Shown here: piece by piece, positions 41,336-55,427 of the stretch
Layout: each line of letters begins with the position of its first letter
Numbering within the stretch: the stretch's first letter is position 1
Source: Octopus vulgaris
Taxonomy: Eukaryota
Reading direction: 5' to 3'
Assembly (NCBI GenBank): GCA_951406725.2
Contig: OX597834.1
Location: 21,018,001 to 21,082,000 of the forward strand
DNA length: 64,000 nt
Position numbers and translations under genes: made by a program
Notes under the pieces: model-generated
What the model was told of the DNA's origin: nothing
Database searches by the model: none
The model's input: only the letters and a program-made list of their open reading frames with translations

Positions 41336-41999
41336 CATATATATATATATTTCTGCAGGGCTTGTTTGTTAGGACAAACTCACACACACATGCATGATGC
41401 ATACATATGCATGTGTATATGTTTACACATTTTATATCACTACAAACATCAGTGTTTGTATGTTTGTGTACCTATATATTAAGTGTTCCTACATGTAAAT
41501 CTTACATACACACACCCAAATATATACTTACACACACTTCACGTTACACGAGAATTTCAACTTTTCCCTTCGTCCAACCTTTGGTCAAAATGATATTCCA
41601 TCTGTTTTATAATAACCGACTCTAAAATTCCTGCCAGATAGAATTGACCGTTGGATGGGGAGTTGGCCAAAACTATGATAGTGCAAGACATTATGCAATA
41701 ATCCTCAGCCGTTTCCCTAAAAGGCGGCTGTCAAAGGTAAACCCTTTCGTAAATCTACTCCTAACAGCTGCCAGGTTGCTTTAAAATATTAGTTAATCAA
41801 GTAAGCTGTCTCTTGCACTAACGAAATATCCAATGGGATTTTCCTGTTTCCTGGTGATTCTGGAATATTTCCTTTCTCTAATGCGTTCATGTCATTTTGT
41901 CAAGTATGCAATTAATGTCTTAAAAGTGATTTTAGAATCGTCTGTTCATGGGATTGCCAAACCTTTTAGGTAAAGGAAATGAATGCAAGTACGGAAGAG

Positions 42000-42342
42000 T
42001 GGGTGTGATCGTGGTTAAAGATGTTTGCATCGCAAACATGTTGTTCCAGGTTCAATCCCACTGCATAGCATTTTGGTGAAAATTTTTTTTTTCTATCGGT
42101 GGCACATAAAAATTACCATCCGATCATGGCCGTTTGCCAGACTCGTCTGGCATCTGTGCTGGTGGCACGTAAAAAGCACCCTCTATACTCATGGAGTGGT
42201 TGGCGTTAGGAAGGGCATCCAGCCGTAGAAACATTGCCAGATCAGACTGGGCCTGGTGCAGCCTTCTGGCTTCCCAGACCCCAGTTGAACCGTCCAACCC
42301 ATGCTAGCATGGAAAGCGGACGCTAAACGATGATGATGATGT
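42000..42342 (+). mobile_element. SINE with A-like head and family C tail
   Basis: ggttcaatcccactgc B-box head followed by family C body and (GAT)n. Confidence 0.75.
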
Positions 42343-42664
42343 AATGAAAGTTGTGTCTGATTTTTCAGTAGAATATTTTGAACAAGATTTACTTAAGTTC
42401 AGTTTTTAACTGATATTTGCCAGTCTCTAGATGTCCAGTATGTATTATATTCTTTGAGATTCTGTGAAAATTATTTGAAGAAAAGCTTATAAGTCAATAC
42501 CATTTTTTCCTTAAAATTTCACTGACGCTCCATTCATGTTCTAGCTGATTCAATCAATGGCACAGCCTGCTCATGAAATTAACCACATGTGAGACCTTAA
42601 CATAGTTCTCAGGAAGATTCAGTGTCACAGAGAATGTAACAAAACTGGCCCTTTAAAAGACGAG

Positions 42665-42679
42665 TACAGACAGACAGAC

Positions 42680-42726
<47 letters not shown>

Positions 42727-42731
42727 CAGAC

Positions 42732-42762
<31 letters not shown>

Positions 42763-42767
42763 TATAC

Positions 42768-42826
<59 letters not shown>

Positions 42827-42835
42827 TAGATAGAG

Positions 42836-42878
<43 letters not shown>

Positions 42879-42907
42879 TAGATAGATAGACAGATAGACA
42901 GACAGAC

Positions 42908-42970
<63 letters not shown>

Positions 42971-43075
42971 TAGATAGATAGACTGACAAATAGATAGATA
43001 GACAGGCAGACAGACAGACAGGCAGGCAGACAGACAGACAGATAGATAGATAGATAGATAGACTGACAGACAGAT
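42665..43075. repeat. (GATA/GACA)n tetranucleotide array
   Basis: Directly visible. Confidence 0.95.
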
Positions 43076-43539
43076 ATACACATGCACACATGCACATGCA
43101 CACTTGCACATGCACACACATGTATGTGTGTATCTTTTCGTGCCATGTTCCAGTAAAAAATAGAAACACCAGAGAAAAAACCAATTGAACTGTGGTTTTG
43201 AGCAAAAAAAATTAAAGATAACCTTTTGTGCTATTTGTCCCATCCAAATTACATAGCTAATCCCTTTCTACTCTCTCTCTGACATAAATACAGTAAACTA
43301 CTGATTAGGTCATCGGAATTCATTTAACCAATAAATCTATATTTCACAAAATAATCAGGAAATACATTATTTTTGTCCTGTGTTTCCTTTAAGTGGATGG
43401 TTCCATTGTAGAACAGAAATTCTTTGGAAATTATTCCATTTTTAAATAAATGCTTCACACTTCACAAAGTTTGAAAAGCAAAGAGAAGTTTCAATGAAGG
43501 TTAGCAATTGGCAGATTGTGGAGATTTGCAGCTCTTGTA

Positions 43540-44155
43540 TTCTCTCTCTCTCTCTCTCTTCTATGTTCGACTGTTTCTCATCTCTCTCCCTCTCTCTCTT
43601 TCTCTCTCTCTCCCCTCCCTCTCTCTCTCCCTCTCCCTCCCTCTCTCTCTCCCTCTCTCACTCCCCTCTCTCACTCCCCTCTCTCCCTCCCTCTCTCTCT
43701 CCTCTCTCTCTTTCTTTCTTTCTCTCTCTCTCTTTCTCTCTCTCTCTCTCACATGCACATATCTGTCCCACTCTTTTCCTTCTCTTGCCCTTCTCCGTTT
43801 GCTTTCTCTTCTCATTCCCTCCTTCTCTCCCCCTCTCACTCTCTCTCTGTTTTATTTGTCTTTTAACCCCCCCTCCCCACACACACTCTCTTTCTCTCAA
43901 TGCTATGTCCACCTTGCTCCCCACTCCATAATATATCTTTTCTCTCTATTTCTCCATCCCCTCAGTTCTCACTTTCCCAAATGCACACACAAATCCAATG
44001 TATATATGCATGTATGTGTGTACCTTTACGTATATGTGTGTGTGTATGTATACATATATACACACATATATATACACACACAGACATATATACATATGTA
44101 TATATATATATATATACATACTCACATACATATAAATACATATATATATAAATAC

Positions 44156-44200
<45 letters not shown>

Positions 44201-44390
44201 TATATATATACATACACACATATATATACACACACACACATATATATATATATACATACACACATATATATATATACACACACATATATATATATACACA
44301 CACACACACATATATATATATATGCACATATATATATACACACACACACACACATATATATACACACACACACACATATATATATATATA
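43540..44390. repeat. (CT)-rich polypyrimidine tract followed by (TA/CA)n
   Basis: Directly visible. Confidence 0.9.
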
Positions 44391-44918
44391 TCCTTTCCTC
44401 TCTTTCTCTCCAACATAACTACAGAGAGAGAGAGTGAGAGAGAGAGAGAAACAGACAAACAGATCAAGTAGTTAAGTCCACAGGAATGTTAACCGGTTCA
44501 CGCTATGGCTTCGAATTTGGTATTAAGTCTGCGATTCCTAAAGAGAGGAGAACATGTAAAGCTGCAAAATTCCAAACATTCCCGGAGCCATTACCAATCC
44601 AAGTGATGGGAAATGGCTTTAATCAGAAAGCGAAAAATGGTCTGTAGAACCACAGATCCATAGATCCATCATCATCCGTCTTGCCAACAATCCATGTTCC
44701 ATTCAGTTTTGCTCACTGCTATTGCTGCATCTGGTTATTTTTGTTGTTGTTGTTGTTGTTGTTCCTTAGATCCAGTTCAATCCTGATCCAACAGGATTTA
44801 TTATTCAATACCTCATTCCGGTTTCTAAGACAAAAGGGTATGAGTTGAGGGAGGTTTGGCTGATATTTCTAGTTGGTGAATTGTGCCTCTTTCAAAGTAT
44901 TTGTAGTTGGGATATGCA

Positions 44919-45416
44919 GAGGCGCAATGGCCCAGTGGTTAGAGCAGTGGACTCACAGTCATATGATCGTGGTTTCAATTCCCAGTCCAGGCAATGCAAG
45001 TGTTTATATTTTTATTTCTACTCTAGGCACAAGGCCCGAAAATTTGGGGTGAGGGGGCCAGACGAGTTGATTGACCACAGTATGCAACTAGTACTTAATT
45101 TCTTGACCCCCGAATGGATGAAAGGCAAAAGGGAAAACACCTAAAGCTCCACAAGGCTCCAGCAGTGGTTGGTGACGAACCCTGCTGGACTCTTTCACCC
45201 CAACTTTCTCTCACTCTTCCTTCCTGTTTCTGTTGTACCTGTATTTCAAAGGGGCCAGCCTTGTAACACTCTGTGTCACACTGAATCTCCCTGAGAACTA
45301 CATTAAGGGTACACATGTCTGTGGAGTGCTCATCCACTTGCACGTTAATCCCATGAGAAGGCTGTTCCATTGATCGGATCAACTGGAACCCTCATCGTCA
45401 TAACCGACAGAGGGTC
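44919..45416 (+). mobile_element. SINE with D head and alternative 3' domain; nested SINE B fragment at 45010-45130 (-)
   Basis: Head matches 26600-26682; body resumes at aaaacacctaaagctccac; 3' domain also present reversed at 42541-42670. Confidence 0.75.
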
Positions 45417-46621
45417 ATGATGAGTTAGGATATATCAACTGTTGCTGTTGTTTTAGCCCTGGGTCAGTCCTGGTGTAGCAGGATTATTGATATTTTTTTT
45501 TCCTTTTTCTAAAGACTACAGGATATTGATTTGAAGGAGATCTGGATTCTGTGTCTAAGTGGGGAATTGTGTCTCTTTCCAATTATTTGTGGTTACGATA
45601 TCTCAGGTGTCATTGTTGTTGTTGGTGTTGTTGTTCAGCCCTGGGTCAGTCCTGGTCTAGCAGGCTTATAAACCATATGCATCCTGTATCTTAACTCATT
45701 TCTGAGCACACTGTATATCCAATATGTTTGCCCCCTAATTAAGGGAATAAATCAAAGACGACAAAAGCGATAAAAGTTATTTTGTAATGATATTTTTAGA
45801 TGTCTCTCTCTCTCTTTCTCTCTCTCCCTCTCTTTCTCTCTCCCCCTCTCTCTCTTTCAATATATATATATATATATATATACATACGCACACACACATC
45901 TATTTAATATATATATATATACATATACATATATATAATGTGTTTGTATGTATATATGTGTGTGCCTTTATGTACATACATATGAGTTTGTATATTTGTA
46001 TGTATGTATACATGCATGTATATGTTTGTGAATGTATGTATGTGCATGCACAAGCACACAGACATGTGTACATGTGTGTGTGTGTATGTGCGTAAGTAAT
46101 AGACTGCCAACTTTTGATATATGTGAATAATAATTAGTCATATTGTAAATACTTCAGATTGTAAATAAGAAATTATGAACAAGACTCTCAGAAGACAACC
46201 TGTTCAATATTTATTTTCTCTGTCTTTCATACACACACACACACACACACATGGCCAGTGGCATTTTTTTTTTGTATAACATAGACAGCTACACATATGT
46301 CAAATACCATACAACAAAAATTCTTGATTTCTTAAAATTATCGCCATCACCAGAGACAATATCTTAATTACCAAACTGCAGTTATGCCCACCTCCATTTG
46401 GGAAAGGGGTGATCATCTCCAAAACTGACATGTCATTAAGGGAAAGGGACAGACTTATTAACTGGAAATAAGAGGATGGTTATGCACATGTGTTTCTGTC
46501 TCAGTAGCTGTCATCAGCACAGCAGTTCCTCAACCTTATTTCCAGTAACCGAAGGACCCCAACTTATATGAAATAAAGTAAGAAACATTTCTGCTGCAGG
46601 TAATTTGCTTAGTTAAATAAA

Positions 46622-46963
46622 GCAAGTAAAGTAAAGATCCCCTTCGGTCTTAAATGACCATGGGATTGCACCTATTAAGTTCCCCTCCAAGGCAAGGTTC
46701 TTTATGGAAGACTGGCAGCCAGCTATGCATACCAGCCTCCCCTCTTCCCTGCCATTGCTGTTATCCAAGGGAAAGGCAAAGGGGCTGATAGAGTTTGGTA
46801 CCAGTGATGTCACAACTAATTTCTATAGCTGAGTCAACTGGAGCAACGTAAAATAAAGTTTCTTGCTCAAAAACAAACCTCGTCCAGACTTGTGCCTTGG
46901 AGAGTAACTATCTTGGTGCAATCCCAAAGTCATTCATGACTGAAGGGGTTCTTTAGCCTTTAC

Positions 46964-46965
<2 letters not shown>
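46622..46965 (-). mobile_element. SINE fragment with an inverted copy of its own 3' end
   Basis: 46625-46694 is the reverse complement of 46893-46960 (tgccttggag...ggtgcaatccc...gtcatt...gaagggg..cttta). Confidence 0.7.
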
Positions 46966-47019
<54 letters not shown>

Positions 47020-47021
<2 letters not shown>

Positions 47022-47405
47022 TTTTACTTGTTTCAGTCATGTAACTGTGGCCATGCTCGAGCACTGCCTTTAGTACCAAATCGACACCAAGACTTATTCT
47101 TTGTAAGGCTAGTACTTATTTTATTGGTCTCTTTTATGCCGAACCGCTAAGTTATGAGGACATAAACACACCAGCATCGGTTGTCAAGCGATGTTGGGGG
47201 GACAAACACAGACACACAAACACGCACATACATATATATATATATATGATGGGCTACTTTCAGTTTTTGTCTACCAAATCCACTCACAAGGCTTTGGTCA
47301 GCCCAAGGCTATAGTAGAAGACACTTGCCCAAGGTGCCACACAGTGGGACTGAACCCGGAACCACGTGGTTCGTAAGCAAGCTACTTACCACGCAGCCAC
47401 TCCTA
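47020..47405 (-). mobile_element. SINE family A, full length
   Basis: Matches 10600-11023. Confidence 0.9.
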
Positions 47406-47568
47406 GCTTATATGCATATATTTTAACAAGTGAATATTAATATTTTTTGTTTTGGTATACCTTAGCAAAATTGTAAACTAGGTAGGTAGGTAGGTAGAGA
47501 GAGAAAAAGAGAGAGAGAGAGAGATAGATAGATAGATAGATAGATAGATAAATAGATGGGTAGATAGG

Positions 47569-47600
<32 letters not shown>

Positions 47601-48383
47601 CGGATGGATGGATGGATAGATAGATGGGTAGATAGACAGAAATGCACAAATTATTAAAAGTACTTAACACACCCTTCTATTTAAAGTACACCCAAACTGT
47701 GCTAACTACAATAATACACACACACACACACACACACACACATGCACACACATGCATACATGCATTCTCGCATAGGTAATACAGGACTACACACACAACC
47801 CACTTTGTTAATATATAACTTTGTATGTGTCTTTGTTAGCAACCGACTTAAGACTGACACTTTAGTCATAAATCAGAGCCAAACTCCTGTTCCTTTCGGT
47901 CTCACCTGTTTGTTCTGTACACACATTGCACCTCGTTGTTTGTTGATGCCATTAAATGCTTCAGCTTTGGCTATTAATACCTAGCGAGTATAATATGCAA
48001 ATGAATTTGATGCTGTGATGAGGGAGCCGAGCTGAGCTGAGATGGGAAGCTGGAGAAACGGTAAAACACATTGCTAGCAATTTTCTTGTAGCAACAATGA
48101 TGACAATGGAGCTTCTTGTTCTGTCACATGCTTCACAAAAGCAAATAAACGACTTTTGGAGGAAAATGAAAACAGTTTTTGGTGTGTGTGTGTGTGTGTG
48201 TGTATCTGTGTGTGTGTGTGTACCCCTCCAGCTGAATAAAGATTAAGAGTCTTTGTAAACTGGAAGCTGCATGAAACAAAGAAAATAAAAGCTTCATCTC
48301 TTTCCCTTTCTCTCTCCACACACATACACACTTATATATATATATGTATCAATATAAACACACACACACACACATATATATAT

Positions 48384-48426
<43 letters not shown>

Positions 48427-48437
48427 CATATATATTT

Positions 48438-48480
<43 letters not shown>

Positions 48481-48509
48481 CATATATATTTATACATATA
48501 TATTTATAC

Positions 48510-48577
<68 letters not shown>

Positions 48578-48623
48578 CAAATGCATATATATATTTGTAC
48601 ATATACCCATCCAAACATGTGTA

Positions 48624-48663
<40 letters not shown>

Positions 48664-48779
48664 CATACAAACATATATATATATACATATATAAACATAT
48701 ATATGTATATACATAAATGTATATATATCCATACAATCATCATATATACACACAAATATATATGTGTGTGTATGTATTT

Positions 48780-48822
<43 letters not shown>

Positions 48823-49146
48823 TTATTTTATATGCACACACATGTATATCAACAACTACTTAACAATAAAACAATCTGGTTTATTTTATTGTGAATGACT
48901 TAAGCTGTGAGCGCGTGCTTGTACGATTGATTCTCTATGTGCATCCGTGTGTGTGTGTTTGCGTGTGGTTGTGATAGGTGGCACGTGGACACCAGTTTTT
49001 TTTTTCTTTCTTCTCCTTACATTTATCCTTTTTAATATATATTTTTTACTTTTTATTGTTTCGGTGCAATTGTGTGCGCAGTTTTACTGCCAACAAGTCG
49101 CTCGTTTTATTAGCATAGGATGTACATAAGAAATACGATCTAGGAA

Positions 49147-49179
49147 ATGCTTACTGCACAAGCCCGGAAAGTTATTGTG
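49147..49179 (+). other. Candidate short first coding exon (MLTAQARKVIV)
   Basis: ATG at 49147, 11 codons, then GTGAGT donor at 49180, in a non-repetitive, relatively CpG-rich segment; no homology recognised. Confidence 0.2.
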
Positions 49180-49867
49180 GTGAGTATTTCACCCTGATTA
49201 CACATCGTTTTGTGTCTCCACTTGAAAACTCAAGGTTTTTTTTTTCCTCTATTTTATGTATAACATAGAGTTTGTCTTTTAAAAGACTTCCTTTCTCTTA
49301 ACAGGTTTCAAAAACGGAAAATCAAAAGCCACTTATTACACCACCATCTTCCTCATCGTTGTCATTGTTGTTGTTGTTGTTGTTCTTCGTCTTCTTCTTC
49401 TTCTTATTATTATTATTATTATTAGGATCTTTTTGGTTTGAACGGCAGTTTTTAACACAATTTCTAGGTAACTAAAAAATTTTAAAACTTCTTATACTGG
49501 AAGAATGTGTTTATAAAACATCTTTTTCTCTTGTCTTTATTGAGAAAATTCTATAGTTTGTATGATATTTGTTGTTTTTTTTCTTCAATTTCTGCAATTT
49601 CAACCAATCAGTGACGTCCATTGAGGTAAAAAACATTCTGTGCCGTATGAATATGTCCTAAAACCTCAGTGGTATTAATTTTGTTTCCTCTGTCAGTAAT
49701 AACTAATAAAGCCAACCCAAGCACCATGAATGGCAATATTGACCTAGGCCAGATTTGAACTCTGAATATAAATATCACCAGGCATTTTGTGTGACACCTT
49801 AACCACTCTGCCAATTGATACATAAAACTGATGGCACCAAATCAGTTTTTGGACTAACAAAGAATAA

Positions 49868-50412
49868 TCTTAACATGTAGAGTTCACAGCAACATGCAGC
49901 AACCTTAGCATGGAGGTTACTCAACAACAAGTATACATATGTCAGTTCTAACATGTAGACCAGACAGCAACATTCGGTCATGTATCAGTTCTAGCATGTA
50001 GACTGACAACATGTTGGCACGTATCATCTCTAACATGTTGACTGCACAATGACATGTAGGTATGTATAATCTTTACATGAAGACAACATAGTGAACATGT
50101 TGATATGTATTAATTTCATCATGTAGAGTACACAGTTACATGTAGATATGTATCAATGCAAACATGTAGACTAATGTAGCATGTATTTGTATATAACACA
50201 ACATGGAGGTATATATATAAACTCAAACATGTAGATTATACAGCAACATGTAGACATGTATTAGTTTTGTGTCCAATTCAAAGCGACATGTAAAGATGTA
50301 TCAGTTCTAACATATATACATGTATCACCCCTAACATGTAGGCTACACATGTAGACATTTAACAATCTTAACATGTAGACAAGTATCAACTCTAACGTGT
50401 AGACTAACACAG
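49868..50412. repeat. Degenerate ACATGT-rich minisatellite, unit ~40 bp
   Basis: Unit approximately catgtatcagttctaacatgtagactacacagcaacatgtaga. Confidence 0.8.
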
Positions 50413-51029
50413 TAAGCCATAAATAAATAAATTTTCCTCTGTGTAATATTTGACTTCAGGCTACCCTTAGAAAGTAGAATATCATTTTCAAAAACAAATT
50501 AAATCAATTTATTTTATTTTAGATATATTTTTTAATTATACCTTTCTTACATTTTTAGTTCTCAATTTATTTATTTATTTATTTATTTATTTTGCTTACA
50601 AATCAAAACAAATCTAATCAAAATGGATAAAAAGATGTATGCAAGATGAAAATGTAATATTTTCAAAATATAATTTCACAATTTCATGTTAGAAAAAAAC
50701 TTAATTTGATCATAAACAATTTAAGAAAAGTAACAGAAAAATCTGTTTTCTTAATATTATTTGATTTCCTCACGAAAAATATTTGAAATAGAATGAAAGT
50801 AAAAAATAACTGCATTTCTTCTCTTTTTTTCTGTATTGTATAACTTCATCCCTTTTTTTTTTTGGGTGGTAGCGGTGGTGGTGTTGCTTGATTGCTTGTT
50901 CTACCTGGTCTCATAATGAAAAAAAAAAAATTAAAATTAATTGTACATTATATTTCAATTTATTGGATATTTTAGACTAGACATCACATGAATTATTTAG
51001 AAGTTGAATTGAAAGTACATGTGTTATTA

Positions 51030-51372
51030 ATATTCTTTTCTACTCTAGGCACAAGGTCTGAAATTTTTGGTGGGAGGGGCCAGTCAATTAGATCGATCTC
51101 AGCACACAACAGGTATTTAATTTATCGACCCCGAAAAGATGAAAGCCAAAGTCAGCCTCAGCAGAATTTGAATTCAGAGCGTAAAGACAGACGAAACAGC
51201 ACTAAGCATTTCACCCAGTGTGCTAATGATTCTGCCAGCTCAGCACCCTATAATTTTTAATTATTCTTTTCTGTTCTAAGCACAAGGCCCAAAATTTTGG
51301 GGGGCGGGATCTAGTCGAAAGGATGAAAAGCAAAGTCGACCTCGGCAGAATTTGAACTCAGAACGTAAAGAC
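51030..51372 (-). mobile_element. Two SINE family B copies
   Basis: 51030-51250 and 51265-51372. Confidence 0.8.
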
Positions 51373-51745
51373 CTGTTACTAATTTTGAAACCATAAGTTG
51401 ATGATGAGAAGATTGATACAAGTACAGTAGTGGGTGTACATATATATGTATGTATGTGTGTATGTATGTTTGTGTATGTGTGTGTGTATGTATATTTTAA
51501 TATTTTGCTTAAGCATAGTGAAATACCCATCAATAAAAACTTTCTCATAACGCTCGTATGTTCTGAAAATGTAAGTTTCCCAGATAAAGTGCACTTCACA
51601 TTCAAGGCTCTGATGAAGCTACAGGATGTTGTTCTTGTATTCAATTAAGAGTCCACAACATTGTATAGCAGAAACAGCTGTAAGATAATGAAGTTCATTA
51701 CATAACATTTGGTTTCCATCCAGTGCCATCTCTTTGTTTCATATA

Positions 51746-51784
<39 letters not shown>

Positions 51785-52075
51785 GAAGCAGATAAGGGTT
51801 CTGCTGCTGCCTGCTAAACAACCGGCACAAATGATATATTTACTGTAATCTAATGTTTGTGCTGTACTTTAGCTTCTTTACCCCATTAAATCAACATTGC
51901 ATGTAGAGATGTAGAGCGTGACACATATCAGGTGTTGAAGTGATAACAGAGCAATATGAAATGAAGGGTTTTGCCAAGGAACACGGCACCTCAGCCAGTC
52001 CTGGAATCAAAACTACAATTATATAATTGTGAGTGCAATGCCATAACCACTATGCCACATGCACACACATACACA

Positions 52076-52114
<39 letters not shown>

Positions 52115-52117
<3 letters not shown>

Positions 52118-52270
52118 GGGAGAGTTTACGAAAAATCAAGGACGAAGACAGGTGATGTACAAAACAAACAGATGTATTAGTATAACGCTCAGGAATAGAA
52201 AAAGTCTTTTACATTTCGAGCCTATGCTCTTCTACAGAAAGGGACAAAGAAAAAAGAAGGAGAGAAAAAA
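52115..52270 (-). mobile_element. Penelope-like short element with degenerate hammerhead (52206-52241)
   Basis: cttt-ctgtaga-a-gagc-atag-gctc-gaaa-tg-ta-aaag; related to 3868-4078; in (TA)n. Confidence 0.55.
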
Positions 52271-52339
52271 ATATATATTTATATATATATATCATATATA
52301 TATATATGATATATATCATATATATACACACATACACAG

Positions 52340-52850
52340 TGAACATTTAAACACATGAGAGATGGCCATAGTCTGACATCTAAACTGCTAGAGGGAGTAG
52401 TTAAATCCAAAACCACAATTAGGGGTAATTTCAAAAGGGAATGAAAAATAAAAACATTTACCATCTATTTCCTGGACCATGGTTTCGAGCAATCTTCAGC
52501 AAATAAAGTAATTTGCTTGGCGAAACTCTCATCAGCAGGAAAGCCAAAGATTAACATATAAGTCTGAGGCAATATAGAACATGCTTCATGCTTACATGTT
52601 ATAATTTTTCAAATCTACCACACAAGCGCAGTTTTTTCTCGGCAGCAAATAGAAATAATGCTGATTTTCTTTCAAAATTAGCCAAAAGAACTATCATTAA
52701 TAAATTTCAAGGAAGTAAAATATTATTTAGAAATTTTTTATCACCATGGCCTAAATAATAAATAATATATTGCCTGTTGACTAGTTTTTCTACACACTAG
52801 GCCACGGTGGTAAAAAATTTCTAAACAATATTTTACTACCCTGAAATTTA

Positions 52851-52856
<6 letters not shown>
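52340..52856 (-). mobile_element. Penelope-like fragment with hammerhead and terminal fold-back
   Basis: Flanked by (TA)n; inverted arms 52696-52753 / 52798-52855; contains the canonical hammerhead. Confidence 0.55.
52468..52542 (-). ncRNA. Type I hammerhead ribozyme, canonical core
   Basis: TTTCCTG-CTGATGA-GAGT[..AGCAAAT-tacttt-ATTTGCT..]GCTC-GAAA-CCATGG-TC-CAGGAAA: 7-bp stem I, intact CUGAUGA/GAAA/UH, GUC triplet. Confidence 0.85.
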
Positions 52857-52923
<67 letters not shown>

Positions 52924-53127
52924 GAAGAATGGAGTTGTTAATATATTATTTGCATGGTTTACAATTGTTTCATCATAATGGTAACAAACAAAATGTCATG
53001 TTTGAAGATATGAATGAGGGCAGTGATGCAGTCTTCTTCATTATATAATGCATATTACATACTAATCTCTACAATCATTTAGTATATATGTGTGTGTACA
53101 TATAAATATACGTGTAAGAGAGAAAGA

Positions 53128-53412
53128 AGGCATGTGGTCAAATGGTTAGGGTATTGCACTCACAATTGCTGGGTTATTGGTTCAAATCCCAGACAGCACA
53201 TGTGTTCTTGAGCAAAACTTTTCATTTCATATTACTCCAGTCCACTGAGCTGCCAACGGGTAACCCTTAGAGTTTCTAATCAGAGAGAATGTTGGCCTGC
53301 TTGCATAGCCAGCAGGGTAGCATCATCCAAAAGCTAAAACATTACCAAGTGCATTGTGACCAGCAAAGTATAACAACATATGATAGTCCAACATCTGACC
53401 AATCATGTGATC
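53128..53412 (+). mobile_element. tRNA-headed SINE sharing the family D 3' tail
   Basis: B box ggttcaaatccc; tail gcattgtgaccagc...aacaacat..gat..tc...catgtgat as in 26397-26470. Confidence 0.7.
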
Positions 53413-53447
53413 TCATGATACATACATGTGTGAGTATGTGTGTGTGT

Positions 53448-53745
53448 GTCATCATCATCATCATCGTTTAGCATCCGCTTTCCATGCTGGCATGGGTTGG
53501 ACGGTGCAACTGGGGTCTGGGAAGCCAGAAGGCAGCACCAGACCCAGTCTGATCTGGCATTGTTTCTACGGCTGGATGCCCTTCCTAACGCCAACCACTC
53601 CATGAGTGTAGTGGGTGCTTTTTACGTTCCACCGGCACAGATGCCAGACAGGGCTGGCAAAAGGCCACGATCGGATGGTAGTTTTTACGTGCCGCCGGCA
53701 CGGAGGCCAGGTGAGGCTGGCAACAGCCACATTCAGATGGTTCTC
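53448..53745 (-). mobile_element. SINE family C
   Basis: Closely matches 18460-18790. Confidence 0.85.
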
Positions 53746-55240
53746 TTGTGTGTAATAAGATTTTAGTAATGAGTCTTAAAGACAAAATAAACCGTGAAAT
53801 ACATGGAGAATTTGATGCTCTTCAGCTGAGTAATGGATATGTTTTAAAGAATTGTTGATTGTGACAGGTGTATATTCAATTTGCTCCAATGAAAGAAATC
53901 TTCAAGCAGATAAATATCACTCAAGAGAGTGAAACATTTATACACCTGTTACAGTCAATAATTCATTCAAACACTTTTGTGTGTGTGTGTGTGTATGTGT
54001 CACTTTATATAGTATTACGTCTCTATATGACAACCATGATACTAGTAGAGTTCTTCAATCAATATTTCTTAATACTAAAAAAAAATATAATAAATAAAAG
54101 AAAACAAAAAACTCTAAAAATCTAAGCCATTTATTTGGATTCATTTCCATTTCAAAATCTGTTTCCAAAATAAATAAAAAAAAAATCTCACAAAACCTTT
54201 GCTATTTTATCTTTAAGCTTCTCACTGCTGCTTCACAAAATCTTCCTCTAAGCTGCTTGTTGCATATTCTTTGAGAAATCTTCCTAAAAGCTGTTGATAT
54301 CTTTGTGGAACTTCATTAAAGAAGACTGCTGATCTTCTACAGAATTTTTAAAATCCTAATTATCCATCGTCGAGTATTCTAAGATGCTTTTAGCATTTTA
54401 TTTCCATTTCCGTTTCAAAGAGAAGAATATGGTTTGTTTATTTTGGTTTTTAGAAGCGGGTTTGTTTTCTTTATTTCTTAACCTCTCTCTCTTTCTCTTT
54501 CTCTCTCTCTCTCTCTCTCAATTTGTCTTTTATTTTTTTCTTGTTAATTCTTTCAATAAATAAAATGACAAAACTAACTGAACGTTTGAAAAATATTTTT
54601 GTTCGATTGCAAGTGCTTTACCGTTATTACTTTTAAAGTTTTTAAGCATGATTAATAATGTGCCATTTAAAACATCATACCGAAATATATTCATATCGCT
54701 CACGATTCCACAATCCGTTCAAAAATCTACAACAGCCATTTATGCGTGTGTGTGTGCGCTTTTTGTTTTCGAAAAGAAAGAAAAGAATCCTAATTTAATC
54801 GCTCTAAACAAAACAACCAAAAAAAATGTCTTGTTTTTGTTTAGCTTCGTGGTTCCCTTTCTTGAATACTCGCATCTACTCATGATGTCAACAATAATAA
54901 TAAGAAGAATAATAATAACAGTATTAATAATTTCAACTGAAAAGAATGACAGATTTTCTGGGGAGGAGCAGACTACCATTCCATTTGTAGCCATTCACTA
55001 ATTCTACATTTTCCCAGGTTACTCCCACCACCCTAACCTTCCACTGACCTCATGCCTTTCTTCAATTCTCTCATCACATATATATAAACACGCACACACA
55101 CACACATATATGTGTGTGTGTGTATATTTAATTTTATATACATATATATATATATATATATACACACACATACACACACAGCTATATACATAAATGAATA
55201 TATATATGTATATACATGACATATATATACTTACGCACAT

Positions 55241-55271
<31 letters not shown>

Positions 55272-55316
55272 GCGTGCGTAAGTGTATATATGTCAACATG
55301 TATATACATATATATA

Positions 55317-55359
<43 letters not shown>

Positions 55360-55372
55360 TATTATATTATAT

Positions 55373-55427
<55 letters not shown>

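Noticed and set aside
44486-44647. 53-aa [15 protein letters not shown]...
   Set aside because: No recognisable motif or convincing splice signals; length compatible with chance
49868-50412. CRISPR-like array
   Set aside because: Eukaryotic context, degenerate repeats, mutually similar spacers, no cas genes
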